A stretch of DNA of 32,000 bases from Acaryochloris marina S15 (GTDB taxonomy: Bacteria; Cyanobacteriota; Cyanobacteriia; Thermosynechococcales; Thermosynechococcaceae): assembly GCF_018336915.1 (NCBI RefSeq), contig NZ_CP064921.1, forward strand, positions 1 through 32,000, given 5' to 3'. Within the stretch, counting starts at the first letter, position 1. Every line of letters begins with the position of its first letter. The notes under the pieces are model-generated. The model ran no database searches and was not told the DNA's origin. It saw only the letters and a list, made by a program, of their open reading frames with translations. Shown here in pieces: positions 26,559 through 32,000 of this stretch. The position numbers and the translations under genes are program-made.

Positions 26559-28433
26559 ATGCACAATCATCCAGCGGGTAAAGGATGTCAGAGAAAGCAA
26601 AAGCTCCTGGTAATGCGGGAGATAGGGGTTCTGACTTTGCCCCACATCGAAAGATGGCTGACTTCTGACGGGTCTTCGACGATAAACCAACGCAAGGGAA
26701 CCGTATCCATTGTGAAAGATAGAGTCCATCTGGACATCGGAGCAAGGAAGCCTCTTGAGTACTGGACCTCCATCAACTGGGGGCTAGTCAAGAAACGGGT
26801 TAGGAATCTGAGGCAGCGAATTTATCGTGCGACTCAAAACGGTCAGTGGAATCGGGTCAGAAGCCTAATGAAACTGATGTTACGCAGCTACTCCAACCTG
26901 CTGCTGTCTGTGCGAAAGATGACTCAAGAGAATCAGGGTAAAAATACCGCTGGCCTGGATGGTCAGACGGCTCAAACCTCTGAACAACGAGTCCAACTGG
27001 TTAACCGATTGCAAGACCATTCTCTCTGGCAGGTTCACCCGACCAAACGGGTATACATTCCTAAATCGAATGGGAAATTGAGGCCGCTAGGAATTCCGGC
27101 AATCGAAAATCGAATCGCACAAATGGTGGTCAAGAATGCATTAGAACCGCATTGGGAAGCCCGTTTCGAGGGTCATAGCTATGGTTTTCGCCCTGGCCGT
27201 AATTGTCATGACGCTCTTGAGCAATGCTTTTTACGACTTAGACATGGCTGTGACACCTGGGTGCTTGATGCAGATCTAAAAGGTGCATTCGACCATTTGA
27301 GTCACCAATGTATCCTTGATACCATAGGCCTAGTGCCTGGTCGAGGGTTAATCAAACAATGGCTCAAAGCAGGTTATGTAGAAGCTGAGATGTTTCATGC
27401 CACCACTGAAGGTACTCCCCAAGGTGGTGCAATCTCGCCTCTGTTACTTAACATCGCTCTGAATGGAATGGAACAACTGTTGTTGTCAAAGACAACAACA
27501 AACGTATATCAACCCTCCAACAAAGCGAAATCTCAGTCGCCACGTAAGCGCACTTCGCCGACTTATGGCTACTGCCGATACGCTGATGACTTTGTGGTAA
27601 CGGCGAAAACAAAAGCAGACATCGAAGCGGCTGTCCCGATTGTGCAGGAATGGCTTAAGCCAAGAGGGTTAGAGCTGAACTTGGAAAAGACAAAGATAGT
27701 GAATATCCAACAGGGTTTTCATTTTCTAGGATTTTCTATTCGGCACTATAAAGGTAAGTGTCTTTGTAAACCGCAAAAGGAGAAGGTCTTGACTTTCCTC
27801 CAAAACATTCGGAATTGGTTGAAGCACAACGCTTCCATCAGTCCGGCAGCGGTGATACATCACCTTAACCCGATTCTGCGTGGTTGGGGCAACTACTATA
27901 AGCATGGCGTTAGTAAAGAGGTGTTCAGCTATGTCGATAGCCAAATCTGGAGGGCGATCTGGAGATGGTGTCGCAGGCGTCACCCTAACAAAAACGGGAG
28001 ATGGGTTGTTAGAAAATACTTCCGAACCTTCAAGGGACGACAGTGGACATTTGCCACAACCGTCACTGACCGGGCAGGGAATCAAAAACCGCTAGTGCTA
28101 GTGCGTTTAGCGGATGTTCCGATTCAACGTCATGTCAAGGTCAAAGGAACTGTATCCCCTGATGACCCAACTCTCAAAGATTACTGGAACCATCGCCAAA
28201 CCCGATTTGGAAAAACCTATTGGGAGAAAGGCTCTAAGTACTATCAAGTTGCTCAGAACCAGCATTGGCGATGCCCAGTCTGTCACGATGCGCTATTCAA
28301 TGGAGAAGCTTTGCACACTCATCACCGTAAGCAGATTAAAGAAGGAGGCAACGAGATGGCAGTGAATCTCATTCATCTTCATCAAGCTTGCCACCAACAT
28401 CTGCATAAGAATGAGTTAGTTCTGAGTTGCTGA
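26559..28433 (+). CDS. group II intron reverse transcriptase/maturase with HNH endonuclease domain
   Basis: [21 protein letters not shown] is RT0-like. Further motifs: [35 protein letters not shown] (YADD), maturase X ([15 protein letters not shown]) and HNH (CPVCHDAL...[12 protein letters not shown]...[11 protein letters not shown]). The true start may be the ATG at 26613 or the GTG at 26712. Confidence 0.9.
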   Translation: MHNHPAGKGCQRKQKLLVMREIGVLTLPHIERWLTSDGSSTINQRKGTVSIVKDRVHLDIGARKPLEYWTSINWGLVKKRVRNLRQRIYRATQNGQWNRVRSLMKLMLRSYSNLLLSVRKMTQENQGKNTAGLDGQTAQTSEQRVQLVNRLQDHSLWQVHPTKRVYIPKSNGKLRPLGIPAIENRIAQMVVKNALEPHWEARFEGHSYGFRPGRNCHDALEQCFLRLRHGCDTWVLDADLKGAFDHLSHQCILDTIGLVPGRGLIKQWLKAGYVEAEMFHATTEGTPQGGAISPLLLNIALNGMEQLLLSKTTTNVYQPSNKAKSQSPRKRTSPTYGYCRYADDFVVTAKTKADIEAAVPIVQEWLKPRGLELNLEKTKIVNIQQGFHFLGFSIRHYKGKCLCKPQKEKVLTFLQNIRNWLKHNASISPAAVIHHLNPILRGWGNYYKHGVSKEVFSYVDSQIWRAIWRWCRRRHPNKNGRWVVRKYFRTFKGRQWTFATTVTDRAGNQKPLVLVRLADVPIQRHVKVKGTVSPDDPTLKDYWNHRQTRFGKTYWEKGSKYYQVAQNQHWRCPVCHDALFNGEALHTHHRKQIKEGGNEMAVNLIHLHQACHQHLHKNELVLSC

Positions 28434-28439
28434 GGGCTT

Positions 28440-28473
28440 GAGCGGCTTGATGGGAAACTGTCACGAGCCGTTC
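28440..28473 (+). ncRNA. group II intron domain V (34 nt)
   Basis: GAGCGGCTTGATGGGAAACTGTCACGAGCCGTTC folds as a 10-bp lower stem with the AGC triad, a 2-nt 3' bulge (CA), a 4-bp upper stem and a GAAA tetraloop. A domain VI-like hairpin with an unpaired A (28509) follows. Confidence 0.85.
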
Positions 28474-28661
28474 TTAGGGGAGGGGGACACGGCGACGTGT
28501 GCCCTCTTACCCGACTAGCTGCGATATGGGGCAATTTAGTATAAATGCACTATAGTGATGAACCAATTTTGGTCGTTACAGCATTTATAAGGTGATTAAA
28601 CTCTCAATAAGAAAAATATAATGAGAGTAGCCAAAACCACTGCTATTCATGGCTTACAGGT

Positions 28662-28707
28662 GTAATCTGGCCTAAAACGCAGCTTCCGTCGTTTTAGGCC
28701 AGATTAC
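28662..28707. repeat. 18-bp perfect-stem hairpin at the MITE copy 2 end
   Basis: GTAATCTGGCCTAAAACG (28662-28679) pairs with CGTTTTAGGCCAGATTAC (28690-28707) around a 10-nt loop. Confidence 0.85.
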
Positions 28708-28747
28708 CATTGGTTCTCAGCCCAGACCCTATTTTTGCGACACAACC

Positions 28748-29644
28748 CTATAATGGGTAGCCAGCCAGCTTTTCGCTAAGAAATTGCAACAGCACTTTAA
28801 CTTTTGGAGATCGCTCCTTCGTCACGGGATAAATCGCACTCAACAAAGTCGGTGTAGAATACCAATCCGTTAAGAGGGGGACTAACTGTTCTGATTGCAC
28901 AGCCTGGTTGCAAAAGAAACACGGCAGTAGGCCAATTCCCAGCCCGTCCAGTACCAATTCATAGGCAATGGTCGGATCATTAATAACGCATCGTGGTGTG
29001 TGAATAATCTCTTGCTTGCCCAGTGGTCCCGACAATCTCCAGGCGTATGTCTGACGGCGAGACTTACCAGTCGCAATCGTGGCATGTTTGGGTAAATCGT
29101 GAATAGCTTTAGGGATTCCTGCTTGTTCGAGATAACTAGGACTTGCAAAGAGTTGAACGGTGGCTTTCCCAAAGGGTTGGATCCTTAGAAGAGAGTCTTC
29201 GATAGCACCAACTCTCATTGCTATATCAAAGCCATCAGTTAAGGGATTGATGGCTCTATTTTGTATTTCATGCACCAGGCGAATGTTGGGATATTGCTTA
29301 AGAAACATCGGAATGATTGCCTTGATAAAGAGGTGGGTGAAGGCACTGGGGGCACTCATTCTAAGAATGCCTGTTGGCTCAGCTTGCTGGGCCTGAATGG
29401 TCGCTTCTGCTTCTTCCACTTCAGCTGCGATGCGATCGCAATAGTCAAAATAGAGCTTGCCCACTTCAGTGGGTCGCACCACTCGGGTCGAGCGCTCTAG
29501 CAACTGCGCTTGTAAAGAGGCTTCAAGCTGCTGAATTCGTCGAGTCACCGTACTTTTGGGTAAACCTAAACGCCGAGCGGCCCCTACAAAACTCCCCTGC
29601 TTGACCACTTGTGCAAACACAAGCATGGCGTTCAGATCGGTCAT
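28748..29644 (-). CDS. LysR family transcriptional regulator
   Basis: It has an N-terminal wHTH (LNAMLVFAQVVKQGSFVGAARRLGLPKSTVTRRIQQLE) and a LysR substrate-binding region. It is divergent from the FMN reductase gene. Confidence 0.9.
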   Translation of the reverse strand: MTDLNAMLVFAQVVKQGSFVGAARRLGLPKSTVTRRIQQLEASLQAQLLERSTRVVRPTEVGKLYFDYCDRIAAEVEEAEATIQAQQAEPTGILRMSAPSAFTHLFIKAIIPMFLKQYPNIRLVHEIQNRAINPLTDGFDIAMRVGAIEDSLLRIQPFGKATVQLFASPSYLEQAGIPKAIHDLPKHATIATGKSRRQTYAWRLSGPLGKQEIIHTPRCVINDPTIAYELVLDGLGIGLLPCFFCNQAVQSEQLVPLLTDWYSTPTLLSAIYPVTKERSPKVKVLLQFLSEKLAGYPL

Positions 29645-29915
29645 TGAAAGATTGTCCCGTTTATGGAATTATCAATCCAATTAAAGCAGCTTTTTAGTCA
29701 TACTGTTCCAATGTATGGTGAGCCAAGAGAAATAGTAAACCAGCAACCGTGTCAAAGGGTAATGCCAATGGCCCCCAATCATTCGATTCCGTAGAAATGA
29801 ACTGAAAACAGTAAATACGTTCAAGAATTTGACTTTTGGCCTTGATATTGTTCCCTTAATTGCTATTTTTTGCCCAACTTATTGTGAGCCAAAGTGCTCA
29901 GGAAAAAAATAACTT

Positions 29916-30506
29916 ATGTCTCACCCCATTAAATTCTTGGCATTTGCTGGAAGTGCCCGCATCGAATCCTTTAATAAAAAGCTGATCAACGTCGCTGTTG
30001 AGGGGGCCACATCGGCTGGAATCGATGTAACGGTTTTGGACCTCATTGATTATCCGATGCCCTTGTTTAATGAGGATTTAGAAGCCAAAGATGGTCTCCC
30101 CGATTCAGTACTTCGGTTTAAAGCCCTCCTGAAAAGTCATCAGGGCTTCCTGATCGCCTGTCCCGAGTACAACGGTTCTATTACACCACTGCTCAAAAAT
30201 GCCATCGATTGGGCCTCTCGGCCTGAACCAGGGGAAGCACCGATGGCCCTCAGTTGCTTCAAAGGCAAAGTTGCGGCCCTTCTCGCCACCTCTCCTGGCG
30301 GACTAGGAGGACTGCGGGGACTGGTCCATGTGCGCGCCATTTTAGAAGGAATTGGTGTTTTCGTTATTCCTGATCAAAAGGCAATTTCGGGGGCTTATCA
30401 AGCCTTTGATGATCAGGGCCATCTTATTAATGAGAAACAGGTTAAGGCGGTCCAAGCGATCGCGCTCAAGCTTGCTGATGTAACGACAAAGTTATCGCAG
30501 TCATAA
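29916..30506 (+). CDS. NAD(P)H-dependent FMN reductase family oxidoreductase
   Basis: IKFLAFAGSARIESFNKKL...FLIACPEYNGSITPLLKNAIDWASR is the characteristic FMN_red pattern. Confidence 0.85.
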   Translation: MSHPIKFLAFAGSARIESFNKKLINVAVEGATSAGIDVTVLDLIDYPMPLFNEDLEAKDGLPDSVLRFKALLKSHQGFLIACPEYNGSITPLLKNAIDWASRPEPGEAPMALSCFKGKVAALLATSPGGLGGLRGLVHVRAILEGIGVFVIPDQKAISGAYQAFDDQGHLINEKQVKAVQAIALKLADVTTKLSQS

Positions 30507-30579
30507 GCGCATATCAAAAAAACGATAGAGCTATCTACCTCTCCGCAAACAAGCTGATTAACCTTTAGAGCAATTCTCT

Positions 30580-31167
30580 ATGAACTATTCAGATAAACTA
30601 ACCCGAGATAATTGTGTCTTCGTCCTCGTTGATTTTTTGGATGGCTTTTTCCCAGGTATTAAAACCATCAACCATGATTTACTGCGTAAGAATGCAGAAG
30701 CCTTTACGCGCTTATCGAAGATCTTTGATCTCCCCACCATTATGCTGGGGGAAGAGGGGGGCTTTCGTGGCAACTTCTTTCCTCAAGTTGTGGCTCATGC
30801 CGACCATGCCATTCGGGTCGAACGCCATACCCCCAGCGCTTGGGATGAACCGGAGTTTCAAGACCAGCTTGCGGCGATGGGTCGCAAAAAAATAGTTCTG
30901 GGGGGCATCTCCCTTGATATTTGTACGTTACAGCTCACGATTGATTTGATCGGGGCTGGGTATGAACCCTATGTCGTCGTTGATGTGTCAGGGTCCGATA
31001 CGGCTCTCAACGAAACAGCAGCCATGATGCGCATGACCCAAGCCGGAGCGGTGATGGTTTCCTGGGCCTCGATTGCCTCAGAAATCATGAAGGATTGGCA
31101 GACACCAGAAGGGCCATTGGTAGGGCAGCTTTATCAAGACTTTAGCTATTGGGGTAATCGGATCTAG
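30580..31167 (+). CDS. isochorismatase-family (cysteine) hydrolase
   Basis: VFVLVDFLDGF carries the catalytic Asp region. KKIVLGGISLDICTLQLTIDL carries the nucleophile Cys. Confidence 0.8.
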   Translation: MNYSDKLTRDNCVFVLVDFLDGFFPGIKTINHDLLRKNAEAFTRLSKIFDLPTIMLGEEGGFRGNFFPQVVAHADHAIRVERHTPSAWDEPEFQDQLAAMGRKKIVLGGISLDICTLQLTIDLIGAGYEPYVVVDVSGSDTALNETAAMMRMTQAGAVMVSWASIASEIMKDWQTPEGPLVGQLYQDFSYWGNRI

Positions 31168-31279
31168 CCCCACTGAGAAATAAGAGTATTGCTCCAACCC
31201 AATCGAATACATCATTCCCATGTCTTCAATGGACGAGCACGAAGTTGAATTGATTATCTTGCAGACGAGAAAAATAGAT

Positions 31280-31843
31280 ATGCTACCAATCAAACGATGG
31301 ATGTTCGCTGTTGCGATCTCAATCATCGCATCCCCGACTTTCATCACCTCTACCCTAACTGTTGTAACGGCTCAAGAGGCCGACAACAAGGCATACATCA
31401 CGGCTGAGAATAAGCTAGTCGTTGCCGATGAAATGGCCATTCGTCAAGTTATTGCCCGTCTCAACCATGCCCTAGATGCCTCTGATTATCCCCTTTACGC
31501 CAGTTTCTTTGCAGAGGAAGCTGTATTTACCTCGGATTTTGGCAATGCCAATGGCTCTGAGAAAATTGTCCTTGCCCTAGAAGCATCGCGGCCACTGATC
31601 ACCAATAAGCGACACGTTGCCGCCAACCTGGTGATCAGTGGCGTAGGAGATCAAGCCAAAGTCACAAGCTATTTAGTGGTGTTTGAGCGGGCAGAGTCCC
31701 TCACCTATGTCGGGTCAGCTATCAACATCGACACCCTGGAGAAGCGCGATGGGCAATGGGTGGTCGTGCGCCATGAAAGCGAATTAGATCCGGCAACCCT
31801 GAAGGCAATCCAATCCGCCATGAAAGCGGAGAAAGCCCAGTAA
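31280..31843 (+). CDS. SnoaL-like / NTF2-fold protein with N-terminal signal-like segment
   Basis: MLPIKRWMFAVAISIIASPTFITSTLTVVTAQEA is followed by DEMAIRQVIARLNHALDASDYPLYASFFAEEAVF, a SnoaL_4-type opening. The longer track start at 31220 is also possible. Confidence 0.65.
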   Translation: MLPIKRWMFAVAISIIASPTFITSTLTVVTAQEADNKAYITAENKLVVADEMAIRQVIARLNHALDASDYPLYASFFAEEAVFTSDFGNANGSEKIVLALEASRPLITNKRHVAANLVISGVGDQAKVTSYLVVFERAESLTYVGSAINIDTLEKRDGQWVVVRHESELDPATLKAIQSAMKAEKAQ

Positions 31844-31865
31844 TTCCTTACAACCCATAATCACG

Positions 31866-32000
31866 ATGCTGACCTACGATCAATTTGAACCGAAATACGC
31901 CACTGTTAATGGTGGCGTTAAGCTGCACTACCGCCGTGGTGGTCAAGGAGACATTCCTATCCTGCTGCTCCATGGCTGGATGGGAACATCACACACCTGG
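31866..32000 (+). CDS. alpha/beta hydrolase (3' end outside window)
   Basis: The ATG at 31866 opens MLTYDQFEPKYATVNGGVKLHYRRGGQGDIPILLLHGWMGTSHTW, the typical N-terminus of epoxide-hydrolase/haloalkane-dehalogenase-like enzymes. The frame is open to the window end. Confidence 0.8.
   Translation, partial: MLTYDQFEPKYATVNGGVKLHYRRGGQGDIPILLLHGWMGTSHTW

Larger units (their letters stand above)
26101..28515 (+). mobile_element. group II intron (2415 nt) with RT-maturase-HNH ORF
   Basis: The 5' end is GTGCG and the 3' end is ...CCGAC. Domain V is canonical. The EBS1 loop is complementary to the 7 nt of the 5' exon. The flanks join into an intact MITE terminus. Confidence 0.9.
26087..28700 (+). 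mobile_element. MITE copy 2, inverted relative to copy 1 and split by the group II intron
   Basis: The left inverted repeat is GCCACAAACGACCG|TAGCTGCG, made of 26087-26100 plus 28516-28523. The right inverted repeat is CGCAGCTTCCGTCGTTTTAGGCC (28678-28700). With the intron removed, the joined sequence aligns without gaps to the reverse complement of copy 1. Confidence 0.8.

Noticed and set aside
26559-28433. The reverse transcriptase as a retron, DGR or Abi-type defence RT
   Set aside because: The ORF has a maturase X domain and an HNH domain. It is embedded in RNA with a GUGCG 5' end, a canonical domain V/VI and an EBS1-IBS1 match, which makes it an ordinary group II intron protein. There is no msr/msd-like repeat pair or template/variable repeat nearby.
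28662-28707. The 18-bp perfect hairpin as the intrinsic terminator of the LysR gene
   Set aside because: No U-tract follows it on either strand, and its 3' arm is the terminal inverted repeat of the MITE. It is part of the mobile element.
29645-29915. LysR T-N11-A operator in the LysR / FMN-reductase divergent region
   Set aside because: I found only partial dyads (e.g. GGAATTATCAATCC) and a repeated GTGAGCCAA. Neither is convincing enough to annotate.
1-32000. CRISPR arrays, tRNA/rRNA genes, prophage structural genes, secretion-system genes
   Set aside because: I saw no regularly spaced direct repeats, no cloverleaf-like or rRNA-like segments, and no ORFs with capsid, tail, T1SS or T6SS hallmarks. 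A covariance-model scan would be needed to exclude small RNAs formally.

Overview
This looks like cyanobacterial DNA: I found HIP1 octamers (GCGATCGC) at 19722, 20974, 29432 and 30456. Ordinary chromosomal genes are heavily reworked by mobile DNA. Left to right: (1) a 5'-partial hybrid histidine kinase, a GNAT gene abutted by an IS1380-type transposase, and a siderophore-uptake remnant (PepSY membrane protein plus a decapitated TonB-dependent receptor) cut by a pile-up of IS256, an ISL3 fragment and IS1595. (2) A compositionally distinct segment (about 8.6-19.1 kb) holding an AT-rich polytopic membrane protein and a giant 2151-aa ORF. The giant ORF has no signal peptide and combines 2 LysM modules, an SLT lytic transglycosylase, two different LAS/M15 metallopeptidases, 3 PG_binding_1 modules, a PPC domain and about 570 aa of unassignable C-terminus. 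This segment also has a 1.75-kb AT-rich non-coding spacer with foldback/MITE-like repeats and a divergently oriented small secreted Cys/Pro-Thr-rich protein. (3) Ordinary accessory genes (RidA, AraC, PPOX-class flavoprotein, MATE, SDR), followed by an IS4/IS50-like element with a 10-bp target duplication. (4) A complete group II intron (GUGCG...AC, canonical domain V, RT-maturase-HNH ORF) inserted exactly in the terminal inverted repeat of a roughly 200-bp MITE; a second, inverted, intron-free copy lies at 18.9-19.1 kb. (5) A LysR-headed detoxification-type cluster (FMN reductase, isochorismatase-family hydrolase, SnoaL-like protein, partial alpha/beta hydrolase). The best candidate for something new is the giant multi-catalytic murein hydrolase with its neighbouring membrane protein and small secreted peptide. 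I read it as a possible mega-bacteriolysin or polymorphic-toxin-like locus. All family assignments come from motif recognition by eye, not database searches.
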